A stretch of DNA of 63,740 bases, filler included, from Collodictyon triciliatum (GCA_043381765.1; 9 parts of 9 records of this genome joined end to end with filler, not necessarily neighbours in it), one strand, 5' to 3'. Shown: positions 12,847 through 27,100, numbered from the whole stretch's first letter. The notes: generated from the sequence alone by a model not told the origin. A program made the numbers and translations.

Positions 12847-13333
12847 TTACTGTGGGTGGCCATCCTGAAGGAGCTGTGCAAGGGACTGAGTGGAAGAGAT
12901 GACAGGAGAATGTCCGAGGGAGTAGAAAGGAAACTCGATTGCCGGTGGCTGTGAGTCTGGCGGTGAGGTGATTTTTTCCAGGTAGGCCTTGCGTTGTAGC
13001 GTCTAGGAAGGTTAAGTTACTCTGTGTCTCTCATAATGGGAACGAAAAGGATAATGTAACCGATACTTAGAAAAGAGCAATAAGGCTAACTACATTATAT
13101 TTTAATGTTTTTTCTTCAGCAAAAGGGAATGGGTATTTGATATATTTTCCAGGAATCTGCTTTGAGTAAAATATAATATACCAAATCGTTTGTGTATGAC
13201 AAGAGTGCAGAGAATGGCGGGTTATCAATAATTCGGTTAACAGATTTGCGGTGTTCATTTAATCTCTTCTCTGTTTCATCATCTACATTGAAAGCTAGAC
13301 TGTTCAAATGACATTGGAGAAAAGAAAGTGTCC

Positions 13334-13396
<63 letters not shown>

Positions 13397-14306
13397 CGGG
13401 GGTGGGGGACCAGGTTGCGCGGGAGGGCGGGAGTGCAGAGGGCTATCGGCACCGGTCGCTGGTAAAGCAAATCCTACCGTCCGACGTTGTTGAGCCCAAG
13501 GCGAAAGCAGTCGCAGGAGATTGTATTTCTGGAGTACGTACGCCAGCAGAATTTTGGCGAGGTCCTACCCCAGCATCGTGTTCAGAGTCTACGGCTGATG
13601 ATTGCGAAGATGTTGACGGAGGGTAAACCGTAATCAAAGAGTTTACATTCAGCTCAAATTGGTACTCTGCACCGTGGGTAATGGATACGTTAAAATAGAT
13701 AAATAAATTTGTCGTTGTAATTAATTTTATTTATCTTGAAGCATTATTTGCCAAGAAGTCTACTATATATGGATACCCACCGCTTTGTCTCAATCTGTGG
13801 TCGATGAAAGTGTCAGGGTTGAATGACTTCATTAATATCTTGGCTATTTCAGGATAGTCTTCCCGAAATTTAGGCTTCTCTATGAGTATTTTTTTCACCA
13901 CTTTTTTTTGCACAAACAGGGTTTGTATTTGAATCTGTGAATCACTTTCGAAACTGGCAAGAAACGGGGAATTAGAATATATATAAGTAAATGCCTCAAG
14001 CGCAATTAATATCCGACATTTTTTTCATTTAAGATTTGTATGGATGGATAATCACACGGTGTGTATTTATGACGATGATACAAATTATGATCGTTAAGGA
14101 AAGAGAAGACACAATCATCTATAGGTCTTCACAAAAAGAAATAAAAAAAATTGTAATCGTAATAATTTACCACGAAGAAAAAGTATCGTGATATGTTGTC
14201 GCTTATCACAGATAAGACCTTACCTGAATGTTTTTTGGGGAAGAGCTTTCATGTATGATGCATTGAAGTCGTACTGAGGACACAGAGTATTCAGAAGTGG
14301 CCATGA
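12847..14306 (-). CDS. Hypothetical multi-exon protein (probably 5'-truncated)
   Basis: Phase-consistent GT-AG exon chain: ...ESSSQKNIQ|IQIQTLFVQKKVVKK...RQS|EYQFELNV...SDR|LAFNVDDETEKRL...NDL|TLQRKAYLEKI...DGHPQ*. No domain recognised. Confidence 0.5.
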
Positions 14307-14676
14307 NNNNNNNNNNNNNNNNNNNNNNNNNNNNNNNNNNNNNNNNNNNNTTAATTAATTAANNNNNNNNNNNNNNNNNNNNNNNNNNNNNNNNNNNNNN
14401 NNNNNNTTCTTCTTTTCTTTTCTTCTTTTTCTTCTTTTCTTCTTTTCTTCTTTTCTTTTCTTCTTTTCTTCTTTGTCTTTTTTCTTCTTTTCTTTTCTTC
14501 TTTTCTTCTTTTCTTCTTTGTCTTTTTTCTTCTTTTCTTTTCTTCTTTTCTTTTCTTCTTTTTCTTCTTTTTCTTCTTTTCTTCTTTTTCTTCTTTTTCT
14601 TCTTTTTCTTCTTTTCTTCTTTTCTTCTTTTCATCCCATTCATATGATCACACCCACACAATGCGAATCACTGCAG

Positions 14677-17600
14677 ATGAATCCAAGCTTCATCCCGGGC
14701 GATCCAACGCGCAGCGCCGCACCGCCCACCACAGCATCACCAATGCCATCAACAACGCCATCATCGTCATCATCATCATCGTCATCATCATCATCATCAC
14801 CGGCCATTCCCGGGCTTTCAGGCAGCAACAGCGGCACATTTCCCGCGGCCGTCCCATCATCCTTCGGACAGAGCATCCCGCCTTCTTTTGGGCCATTCGG
14901 CAGCGGCGGCATTTACCCAACACACAACATGTACGCAGCCCCGGGCGTTGGCTACACATACACGCCGCAGCCGCTGACGCCGATTCCGCCCGCATCATCA
15001 TCATCGTCATCATCATCATCATCATCATCATTATCATCATCATCACAAACTCAAAGCACAGCTCGGCCGTTGTCACCCATCCAGACAAACACGCCTCCAA
15101 CTTCCTCCGCGTCATCATCATCATCGTCATCACCACCACACCCATCATCACCTACACAGTCTGCAGTGCCCTCCAACACAGCTGCACCGGCCTCTGCCTT
15201 CACGCCCGCCTCCACAGCCTCGGCCAACCCTTTCCACCAAGGATACTATCCCGCACCATCAACACAGCCACAAACACAGACACAGACACAACCCACCACA
15301 AACACACCGACAGCCTCACAAGCAGAATCTGCAAATGCAAAGGCAACCTACGCGCCCGCATCATCCTTTCCAAACGCCACATACCCCCAATCGCAGACCC
15401 CATCGTCCGCCGCAGTTGCATCCAACACACAATCAGTCTCGACCGCATACACATCATCAACGCCATCAACGGCAATGCCACCAGCATCCTCAGCAACGCC
15501 GCTGAATCCCGCGTCTCTGATCCCGTCATCGCCAATCATTCCCACTGTCTCGCAGGGCTCTGCAAGTCCGGACGAGCTGGAAGGATGGAAGCTTCTCGCG
15601 GCTGCCACGGCCAATGCACGGATAGCGACGCTGGCCACGCGGGCGACCGGGCGCAGCACATCGATTCTGGATCTGACACAGATGCTGGACCGGGAAATCA
15701 TCGAGTGGGAGCGCCGCTGCAAACGGGCCGAGGGCGAGCTGGAGGATGCGCGCAAGCAGATTCTGGATCTGCGCAAGAAGGTGCGGAACCCGGCGGCGGG
15801 CGGCTCGGCCACGGGCGCATACGGCGGGATGTCTGCATCCAACGAGGTTCTGCAGCAGCGGCTTCGTGAGCTGGAGAAGGAAAACAAGAGCCTGCGCGCA
15901 GAGATGTCCGCCGAGAATCGCGAGCGGATGGAGCTGCTGGAGCTGAATGAGAAGCTGTGGGGCCAAGTGGCTGTGCTGCAGCGCAAGTGCGAGGTCAGTG
16001 AGCAGCTGCGACTGGACCGCGGCGTGGGCGGGCTGCACGAGGAAAAAGCTGCCCTGCAGATCCAGCTCGAAGATCTCAAGTTTGCCCTGGATCAGGAGCG
16101 CAAGAAGGCCGCAGATCTTGAGGACACAAAGCAGCGGCTCTTTCAGCTCCACTATCAGGACCAGCCGCTGCCTGCACAAAACCCTGCCCAGCGCACTCCG
16201 AATCAAAACGAGGTCATCATCACCATCCAGCATCTCGACTCCCTCAAGAAGGCCAACGAGGACCAGTCCAAGATGATCGAGAAGGTCCAGGCCGAAAACA
16301 AGCTCCTGACCCAAGGCAAAGCAGACCTCGACAAAAAAATCGCAGACACGAAAAAGGAGCTCCTTGCCTCATCAGAGTCTCTGAAGCTGGCCAAGGACGA
16401 GCTGGAAAAAACCGTCCGCGTTCGAAATGAACTGGAGGTCAAACTCGCCCAGACAAGCGCTGATCTGCAAAACACTCGCGTCCGTCTCGATGCAGAAAAG
16501 GCTGCATCTGCAGCGAAAAGGCCGGACTCGCAGGCGGATAAAACTGACAAACCTGATCTCATGCGAATCCAACTCGAAGAGAATCTGCGGTATTCGCAGG
16601 AGGAGAACCGCTCGCTGGAGCTGAAACTGTCGCGGCTACATTCGTCTTACACCATGCTCAACGACCTTTTGAAGCAATACCAGTCCCAAGTCCACGGCAC
16701 GTCTCTCATCTCTGGAAATGCAAATGCTTCGTCGCCTTCATCGCCTTCGTCGTCCCCGTCCTCCTCAGAGTCTCGTGAGTATTCACTGCTCAAGGAAAGC
16801 CACCGGCAACTGAGAGAGGAATTTGATGCCCGCACAAAGGACTTTGACGAGCTGCGTGAAGAGCATCGTCGTCTCAAGCAGCAGCAGCACAATGTAGATT
16901 CTGCACTTTCACCAAAGTCTGCCTTGGAAAAGACATCTGCAAATCATGGTGAGCTTGTAGAATCGCTTCAAACAAGACTACGCGCAGAAACAGAGGAAAA
17001 AACACAATTGGCTTCGCGTGTGAGGCAGTATGAAGGCGAGTTGGAAAGCAAACTGAAAGAGGCTCGCGAGGCCAAAAGCGAGATTACAAAGCTGCGCGAG
17101 TCCGTAGCAGAGTCACTCGTTTTGTTCAAACCCATTCGCGAGCGATTCTCGCCTTCGTCTGCTGCTCTGGCTGGGTCCAACCAACCCGTCTCCATTCAGC
17201 CGCTCGCAGAGTCCGACTACCCCCTTATTTTCAGCGGAGTTTTGAATGTGGAAAAGAAACTTGTCGAAATCATCACAGGCGCTTCGGGTCAGCCTCTGGT
17301 CTCGCTCCCAGGAAACCTGGCCACGCAACAGATGGAGCAGAAGCATCGTGAAGAACTGGCGAAAGTGGCCAAGGAAATCCAGGATTTGAAGGATGATATT
17401 GAGTCGTATGAAGCTCGGCAGACAGAACTGACTGCTCACATCAAGAGATTGCAGGATAAACTGAGTGAGAGTGAGGAAGCCAAAGCCAAGCTCCAGGCCG
17501 ACTTGACCATCGCGTCATCCACCAAGACAAGCTCTGCAGATCCATCCACAAGCGACTCGGTCGCCCAGCTTCAATCTGAGCTCACTGCGGCCAAGGAACT

Positions 17601-19233
17601 AATCAAAGAGAAGATTTCACTGGTCAGCAATCTTCAGAGTCGCACGACGCAACTGGAGAAGGAAAACTCGCAGCTCCAGGAGAAAGGAAGGAATTCGGGG
17701 GCTCTTCAAAGCGATGCCAAACTGCAGCAAGAAAACACCACGCTTTCTAAGGAGATTGAGAAGCTCAAGAAGGCAAACGAGGTGCTTCTTTTAAACTTGG
17801 ATACGATGCACACAGAGTTGTACGAATCGCGTGCTGCGAAGGACCAAATCGGACAATACAAGATCGACTTGGAAAAGCTGCAGAAGCGATACGAGGAAGA
17901 GAGCAACACGCGTGTGTCAATCGAAAAGAATCTCGTCATTGTTCAGAGCGAGCTCAATGACTACAAAAGCAAGTCGGTTGGCGGTGAAGACCCGTTCGAG
18001 GCAAAGAGATTGAGGGAACAACTCTGGAAACTTCATACCGCACATGAGGAGCTCAAGAAGAAGCAGCTCGAAACATCTGCCCCATCAAACAGTACGACCT
18101 CTCTTCTATTTCTACTCTTTTTATATGCTTTTCTTTTTCGGCTGCTTCGATATCCTTTTAAAAACAAATCCCTTTTTCCCCTTTTTTTTCCCCCTTTTTT
18201 CCCCCTTTTTTCCCCCTTTTTCCCCTTTTTTCCCCTTTTTTTTCTTTTGTTTTAGTGGATGCGCTGGTCATCAAGCTGGTTGAAACGGCAATATTTTGTC
18301 AAGAAGTCTCTTTCAAGGTACATCAAACTGCACTCACTCTTTTCTTTCCCAAAAATAGCATTCTTTCCATTTTTACAGTTTCTGCTTATTTCTTTTCTTT
18401 TTTCATGACCGAAAGCCACGCGGTAGTCACTCTTTTGATTTTCGAATATTGTTCGTTCCAGTCACTCAAATACATGTATTGAGTGTTCCCGGTGAATCCT
18501 AAAACACGCTAAAGCCATTATTATTATTCACATTCATTAGCTGCTGTTCAAAGGAGAGGAATGGCAGATTGTCATGGGCCCAACGTGCTGCTGGATTATC
18601 AACAAGCTTGGAAAGCGCTTGCGTTTGAAATATAGCCTCGATATCCAAGTCTGAATTCACCTAAACTTCTACGTTTATATTTGATTTTATCCTTGCATTC
18701 ATTTCTTATGACATTCCAGCTAAAAAAAAAAAGTTCATGAGCATATCCATTAATTCTCAAAATAATAATGATAATAATAGATCTTCAAATAGTCTGAGAT
18801 GCTCCAACTTCTTTTCTTAATTTGATAGTAATTCTGGCTTTGTCTCTTTTGCAGGTATTTCTGCATCCAGAGAATCCTGTCCTCTTTTTCCTGCAGACAA
18901 ACGCCCGATCCGGGTACGAGTTCGAGGCAGAGTCGCAGGTTGTGCGTGATATTCTTGTCCTATCCCTGCGCTCGTTCATCGGATCTTTTGTGGTACCCAC
19001 TTATTTAGATTGTTTTTTCCTTTGCTTGTATTTGGATTTTTTTATCTCCATTTGTTTCTCCTTATTTATTTTTATTATTTTTTTATTATTTTTTTATTAT
19101 TTTTTTATTATTTTTTTATTATTTTTTTATTATTTTTTTATTATTTTTTTATTATTTTTTTATTATTTTTTTTATTATTTTTGTTGACTATTGTGTTGTT
19201 TAGCAGAGGAAATCATTGAAAAAAAATGCATGA
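14677..19233 (+). CDS. Large protein: Ser/Pro/Thr low-complexity N-terminus, ~800-aa coiled coil, C-terminal PH-like domain
   Basis: 3.4-kb open first exon rich in E/K/L/Q heptads, then exons MDALVIKLVETAIFCQEVSFK|LLFKGEEWQIVMGPTCCWIINKLGKRLRLKYSLDIQ|VFLHPENPVLFFLQTNARSGYEFEAESQVVRDILVLSLRSF. Confidence 0.8.
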
Positions 19234-19926
19234 AAACACATATTCATGATGTGATATTATGAAAGTATTACTCGCGAATAGTTTTTCTCTTTTTTTTTTT
19301 CTTTCTTATGTAATTTAATAATTTAATTGATAATACCTTATAGTACTCGAGAATCAGGGCCGGTGCACAGACTACAGTCGATATTCTGAGCTGAGCAGCG
19401 CGACTCCCACCGTAATCACGACCGCAACTTTATTTTCCCAAACTCATCTCCTCTCCTTTTTTTTTCTTTTTTAATCTCTTTATATTCTTTTTGTGAGAAA
19501 AAAAAAAAGGACTGAGAAAGGTTCGTTGGGACTCATCTTCCTCTTCACTCATGTCTTTATGCACTTCACATCGCCTACTCTCTTTCTCTGAACTCACTCT
19601 TTTTTCTCTCTCTTCTTTCTCTATGACATAATGACACATGTTTTCATTCCTGTCTTTTTTTTTTCTTTCCTTCTTTCCTTTTTCTTTCCAGTTTCCTTTC
19701 TATTTTTCTGCTTCTGCCTCTCTTCTATTGGTTCTGCCCGATATTCTCGCACTCTCTCGCCGTCTTTCTCTTCCTCGATGCTTCTTCGTCGCCAACACAG
19801 CAAACCAGAGCGAATGAAAACGAACACTTGTCTATGCAACTGCGTGCCTTTTTCTGCTTTGTATGTAATTGAATGAATGGAGAATGAAGAAAGAGAGAGA
19901 GGAGGTAAAAAGAAAGCATTTCACAT

Positions 19927-20550
19927 TCACTGCACCGTGAGAATCGACTCTGCATCATGAATGCTGTGTCTATGTTTTGCAATCTGATTCCCACAAAGAG
20001 GACAAATGAGAAGTGAGGGAAGGATTAAAGAGAAGAGAAGAGAAGGAAGATAACGCAAACAAAATGCTCTGTGCTGTGCAACGTGCAGAAAATCAATAAA
20101 TAAATAAATAAAAAAAAAATGACGCAAACCAAGATACATGGATTTGAACAGATGTGATTGCGGTGGGATATCCGTAACAAAGAAATTAGTATCTACTTGT
20201 TTAAGTATTCTTTTAATCTTCATTTATTTTTGTCTTAAAGAAAATGAGATAGAAACATCGCCTGCTCATGAGAGAGAAAGAAAAAAAAATGGAAAAGAGC
20301 CGTCTTCGATTATGCACTGTCTAGTTGGACAAGGATACTCATCATGTTTGCTATTCCTACAATCGGAAGAAACCGCAAGCAGAGTTTAGTGTCTTTTCAT
20401 AAGGAAAGGAAGTCTCTTCCAACAAGCGTGTGGAGGAAAGCATGTAACTCTGACAGTATTCATGCTCATGTGAAAATGATAGCAGGAACGGATAAAAAAA
20501 AAAAAGAAGAAATTGAGGAACTCATCTCAAGAATGAAGAGAATAGAGGTC

Positions 20551-20583
<33 letters not shown>

Positions 20584-20606
20584 AGGCGAAAAAAAAAAAA
20601 AAGAAA

Positions 20607-20658
<52 letters not shown>

Positions 20659-21347
20659 TCTTCCGGCTCATCCTAACTGTGCCATACCTGCATCGTACAG
20701 TCGGCTGGAAACTTGCGCCTCTGGTTTGTGCCGTCAGGGAACTTGATGGAAAGCATTATGGACGGTTGCCCTGTCGACGGCTCTGCGAGCATGCGCATAC
20801 GTTTCGACTCACGCCTCGATTTCTTTTCCTACAGCATTGAGTGCCTCTGTATGAGTTTATTGACGAGGTGGCTATTGGCTTGTAGTATCAGGCGTTTCTT
20901 CATCATTTTGTTTGCGTTTTAGGACGAGACTAAGTGAAGTGATTTCCTCTTGTGGATAAAAATATGAGACACGGATTAGGCATTATATAGGCAACAAAAG
21001 CAAAGTACTTGTGCAAGGTGAGCTATTTCCATCTCTTTCTCCTTTTCAAGTCTCTCTCGCTCCTCCTGTTCTTTAAACTGTTTTGTTTCTGGTTTAAGGA
21101 AAGAGTAATCCATCTTGAAGTTCGATATTTTATATAATGATAAGAACATGCATAAAAATGGAGATAGATGTTATAGCAGGCGATATAAAAGCTATTATAG
21201 ACAAAGTGGTTATTTCCTTGGCGCTTTAGAATTTGTCACACAGAGGAAATAAGATAGGATTTCACCATTCGCATATCTTCTTGAAGATGCTTTTGGTATT
21301 CTTCCTCTTGTTGGTCTCGTAACAGCTTTTCTTGTTCTGCTTGCTGG
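19927..21347 (-). CDS. FAF1/FAF2-type UBX-domain protein, 3' part (absent from the ORF track)
   Basis: Exons QQAEQEKLLRDQQEEEYQKHLQEDMRM|...EQEERERLEKEKEME...|EKKSRRESKRMRMLAEPSTGQPSIMLSIKFPDGTNQRRKFPADCTMQ (20688-20828) match the coiled coil plus UBX start. Final exons and stop uncertain. Confidence 0.72.
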
Positions 21348-21410
21348 CTGTTAAGGTTGGGAAAAAAAAACATCTTCAGGTTTGGTAACGTGGAGCGAAT
21401 AAAAGTATCA

Positions 21411-21506
<96 letters not shown>

Positions 21507-21634
21507 CNNNNNNNNNNNNNNNNNNNNNNNNNNNNNNNNNNNNNNNNNNNNTTAATTAATTAANNNNNNNNNNNNNNNNNNNNNNNNNNNNNNNNNNNNN
21601 NNNNNNNAAAAAAAAAAAAAAAAAAAAAAAAAAA

Positions 21635-21682
<48 letters not shown>

Positions 21683-24121
21683 GCATAGATGAACCAACCA
21701 AAGAAAAAAGAAAAAGAAAAGAAAAATACTTTCAAAATGAAAGAAAAAGGAAAAGATAGGGTTGGTTTGAAAAGTGGGCTCGACTCGCTTTCATCTTGTT
21801 TCGGATCAGGCTAAAAGGTTAGGAACTTACATTTCTTCTCGCCCGCCCCTTCTTCCATCAGAAGCAGCCGTCTGTGTGAGGCAAAGGCTAAGCAGGTCGG
21901 CTGTGTGATTGTTTGTAAGCCATCATTGGTCGTGTATTGTTCAGTCACGCGGGTCAGAGAACTGCGCCTGTTTGTGCGCTGAAAGAGTTTGGATGTGCGA
22001 TGAAAGTGTTTGGATGTGTGCTGTGGACTGATCGCGCTGCAAAAAAAAAAAAAAAAAAAACGAGGTGAATCTATGGCCATTTACGAGAATCTCGAGACAT
22101 GTATGGATTCCGTTGTGTTGTGCTGGTTGTCATCTGCCTTGTTGTTTGGGTTTTCAGGGCAAGAGAAAGCGCGAGAAGGGAACGAAGGAAGCGAGGCGGC
22201 GCACAAGGCAAGCTGTGCGGCCGGGTGGTAATCTGCCCGACGCCCCTACAAATGCAGCGCCAAGTGCTCTGGTTATTACATTCACAATTCCTGCGAATAT
22301 CCTTCATTGTTGTGTATCTTTTTCTTTTTCTTTTTTATCTCCCTCTAATTTTCCATTTCAGAATATTCTCTTCAGTTTTTCACTTTAGCTAGGCTAATCC
22401 TTTGGATTGTAACGTTTTCTGCTCATCATACAATTGTAGAAGTAAAAGTGAGTTAGAATTGCTTTGAGATGCTTCAAAATGGCTGCTTTGCTGAGCAGCG
22501 AATGACTTTATCGCTTCTGAAGCCCCTAATTACGTATTCCTCTCTTGATCAATGACATTGGCTACAATCGTACGTCTGCCGGATGCATTTATCCCACGAG
22601 TTATGATTTTAACTTCAAGACTAGTAATTCGCCATCATCGCCCGTGGCGTTGTTAATATTTTATTGTTTTTATTTACATCTGATTGTCTGGTGTTTAGTC
22701 GCCAAATAATGCACTATTTCCTGTGCACAGTTTGCCTTAAGGACTATTAATGCAGTTGAATGAGCAATGTTGACGACAAACCCCACACATTTTTATCGTA
22801 TTTATCCACCACCTTGCAGCAACAAGACATATTATTTAGAAATCGCATGAAACAGTGCATCTAACGTAATTGCAATTATTTCACAACGTATGTTAAGAAT
22901 CGTTATTGCAATTATTGTGATAATGAAACATCGTTAATCTCGGGCGCACCTACCCTAAATTGTTATCAAATATAAAATTAATCAAGAAAGCGTGCACCAG
23001 TTCTTGTATAAATGGTATAGAAAATAAAATGTCGAAGAGTTCAATAACGAGGTTGTGCATTTTGATAAAATTTGTTCTAAAACATACTGAAACTTTGTCC
23101 ATTGTTCCGTATTTTCATCATGTTTGCTTTGGGGTTGAGCCTTGACACATTCAATTTCCTAATGGCATGTCCGTGTGCTGTCGCCAGTCGAGGGGTGAAA
23201 AAACAAATCTTTTTCCGTGGAGACACTATCTCCAATTTCTAGTTATCCGGTGCATTATTAAAACGCTACCACGGGGACTCAGGATGCGCCGTCGTGTGGG
23301 AAAATCACTCCTCCAGCACAGCACTCACAATTCCCGCAGCCCCACCTTTCAGCAACCGTCACTTTCATTTCCGCCCTGCAGCATTAAATGCGGCTTATTT
23401 GCAACGGGTTTCTTTTATGGAAATAGATGGTCCCATTGCAAATGCGATTCATCTAGTATCCTTTTTAATACATGAATCGGAAAATATTCGGCCCATTCTC
23501 AACACATTGCCATCCTAAGCACTCTCCCAAATTTGTCGTTGAAGCGGCAAGCGTTTGGATTGTCTTCCTTGCCCTCGTTTAACTATGGCTTCTTTTCGCT
23601 CACTCTTTGGCACCTGTGACTTTTCGATTCGTTTGTGCTCGCACAGCAAGGCGAACGGATCAAAACGCACAACCGCCGATCCAGTCCGTCTGTGTTTGTC
23701 AAGCGTGCGCTGCTCAGAAGCAAAGCGTCCTCTCCTGTGCATGCCTGGCTGTCTGATGGCCCTTGCCCGCCCTTTGATCAGCAGCGGCCGTTGTACAGAA
23801 ACATTTGCTGTGCAGCCCAGCCTTCATGATTCGATATTTAATATGCAACGCATTTTCGAAAGGAGCAAAGGAGTACAGTGAAAACGATAACGTGTCCTCT
23901 GTGGGCATGGCCGTCTTCATCGTCTTTGTCCTGCAGCATATCATGACTTTATTTTTTCTTCTCCTCTGCACTTTCTGTTAGACCTCCCCAGACAAACACG
24001 CAGCGTCATCGTGGACCTTGGGCGATCACCATAACGGCCCGCTCGAACAGAAAACCTTGAAGCGCACAGACCTGACTGATCTGCACAGCGGGAGGGGGAG
24101 AAACAGATAGAGGGAAAAAAG

Positions 24122-27100
24122 ATGCAACCCCCAATCAAGTTCTCTGTTGGTCCGGTCAAAGGCACAAACGAGTTTCCTCTGCGCGCATCGGGCTCCATCT
24201 TGAGCAGCCCGCCGTCATTCCTCGCAAGCTCGGCTCAGGCCACAGTCATTCTAGAATCTTCCCAGCTCGATCTTTTCCCACCAACCTCACAGGCTCAATC
24301 GTCTGTGGCCCGTGTGGAGCAGATACCGCACAGCATCCCTTCTCCGATGCTGGCACCGATGTCAACCATAACCACGGTCCATCAAAATCCTCCAGCGGAC
24401 TCGACTTTCTCAAAATCCCTTAATGCAATGGCGCCGCCGACATCCTCAAAGCCTCTCTTTTCGTCGTCGCTGATGTCCCTGATGGACGACCAGTCATCCA
24501 CAATGTCGCTCCCTTTCATTCTGCCCAGTAATCATTCCATGTCGGTCTCGGCATTACCCAGCCCGCTCAATACAAACAGAGGTTCCAGAAAAGGGCCGGT
24601 GGATTCAAATATGTTTCTGTCGGCGGTGCCTCACTCTCTTATCACTCGCTTCCGCACGCGACCAACCCCTCCCTTGTGTGCAGAGGTCATTCCAGCTCAT
24701 GCATGTGTACTGCTCGCAGATATATCCGGGTTGGTTATGGCGCCTCTGATATTTTCTTCTTTTTTATTTTGCTCTTTTAAGTCTCTTTTTTTTTTCCCTT
24801 TTTGCGTTAATATTAATTCAACCATGGTTTTCATGCTTGGCTCAAACATCACACTGCCACGCTTGACGTTGAGTATTAAATTATGACTCCGTTCCGGCCG
24901 CTTGCATGTCCAGATTTACAAGAATGGCAGAAATTTTATCAGCCAAGGGACATCATGGAGTCGAAGAATTGACAACACATCTAAACAAATACTTTGACAG
25001 AATGATTCATATTATAACCGAACATGGAGGTGGGCACTCGTTTATTTTCTAAGCATGTATTGACCTGGATATACACCATTTTCTTCCTTTGTTTTTTTCT
25101 GTTTAGACTTCCACAATTTTTATAATTGATTATGTTTCATGAAATTCATAAAACACATTCGCAGGGGACGTGGTAAAGTTTGCTGGCGATGCATTGCTAC
25201 TGCTATGGATCGATGACTCAGAGTAAAATTATCGTTTTACATTCTGTTTTTTATTTCCTACTGTTCTAATTAAATGTATGCATTTAATTCAATCCAGCAA
25301 ATTTACGTGGCAATCCCACCTTTCCCTATCTGTGGCAATGCTATACTAAGGGAGAAAGTCTTATTCAAACACATTTATGTAGATACGAATCAAACATCAA
25401 CAGCTCTTCTTTATCCGAAGAGGAAGTGTGGGCACCATTTTCCTGTACAAGCTCTACTGAATATGTAACAGTTATGCTAACACAGCTAGTCAGGTTAGCC
25501 GCGCAATGCAGTTTACAACTTGATTCCGAGCTGAATAATTATGATATTGGTGACGGAATCAAGTTGTTTTTGCATTCTGGAATCGGCTGTGGGAAGGTGC
25601 AGCTAATTCATGTTGGTGGTTATGATAATCGTTGTGAGTTTATCGTTGTCGGAGAACCTATCGTCCAAATTGCAAAAGCTCTTTCTTTAGCAGACAAAGG
25701 GCAGGTTGTTCTGTCTGCAGAGTCTTACGCCCTTATAGGAGCTGAGGTTCAAGGCTCTTTGCTCACAGACGGGCTCTATCGAATGGATAAGATTTGTGAG
25801 ACGCAGCCACCCATCCCACGTTGTCTTAATTTTGACTCTGATGAGATATCGCTTCTTTATCCTTATGTCAATAAATCTGTAAGTATCTTTATTTTCTGAT
25901 AGCCATTCAAGGGTCTAATAACTCGTCGCACATTTTTGATTTTCATTTTTCATATGTTTAGTTTCTGTTTAGTTTTTGTTTTGTTTTTTGCTCTTCCACT
26001 TTTCTGGAAGGAAAAAGGGTAGTTTTTTTTAAAAAAAAATTACTCTTGGTTAATTGTTTGCGTTTTCTTAAAAGGCGTTCATCAGACTTTCCTCGGGATA
26101 TTCTCTCAGAATGCTAAATGAGATACGCACGGTGAGTGTAATGTTTGCTTTGCTGCCTGGGATGGAGTTCAAGAGCCGGTGTTCTGTACAAGTTGTGCAA
26201 CGTTTTATTTACATGACCCAAAAGGTTCTTTGTAAATTTGATGGTTCCATCAGACAATTCATCATGGTAATGCCTCAGAATTTTAACTCGGTCCATCTTT
26301 TTGTTACCCAAATATATCTGTGTGATGCTGTTGTTGTTATTATTATTATTATTATATTTTTAATGAAAGTGTACAGGACGACAAAGGAAGTGTGATGATT
26401 GCCTGTTTCGGTTTACCGTCACAATCTCATGAGGATGACCCATACAGATGCGTTTCAGGTGAAATACTCATCTCGATTCATATTGCCAAGAGTACCTTGG
26501 GCATCACTATATGAAACAAAAAATGGCGGGATAGGTGAAATTTCACAAAATCTGATGATTATAATTTTTTTATCAAAGCTGCCCTCAACATCCAAAAAGA
26601 GTCCAAGCAATTAAATTTAGTGTCGTCCATCGGCATCACTACTGGTTCCGTATTTTGTGGGGTTGTAGGAAATTCTAATAGATGGGATTTTTCTCTAGGT
26701 GATTTTCTACTCCAGAAGAATAGTTCAAACAAACGGAATTAAATCATTATCGTTCTCTTAATCTTTATGCCACTGCTAATAATTGAAAACCATCATAATA
26801 ATAATAAATATATATTAACACATGAAAGTGGGGGATCTGGTAAATTTGTCCTCCCGATTGTCATCTCTTGGCAATAACTCGATTACATGTGACGAAGCAA
26901 CTTCAAAAAAATGCTCTGAGAGGTTCTTTTTCTACCGTTTTTTTCCTCATGAAATGCATTCCTTGGAACGAAGATTTTTTTTTTATCATATTGCAGCCAA
27001 AACCTTTCACCCTCTTTGAACTTTCGAACAAACTTTTCAAATCTATGTAGGGGAATGTCTATGAATTTTCTTCGGACAGTCCAAGTAAAAGGAAAAAAAC

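Noticed and set aside
13157-13181. Possible 25-nt micro-intron (GTATATT...AAGCAG) on the minus strand
   Set aside because: A normal ~180-nt intron from the same donor to the next acceptor keeps the frame equally well, and no tiny introns were needed in any conserved gene.
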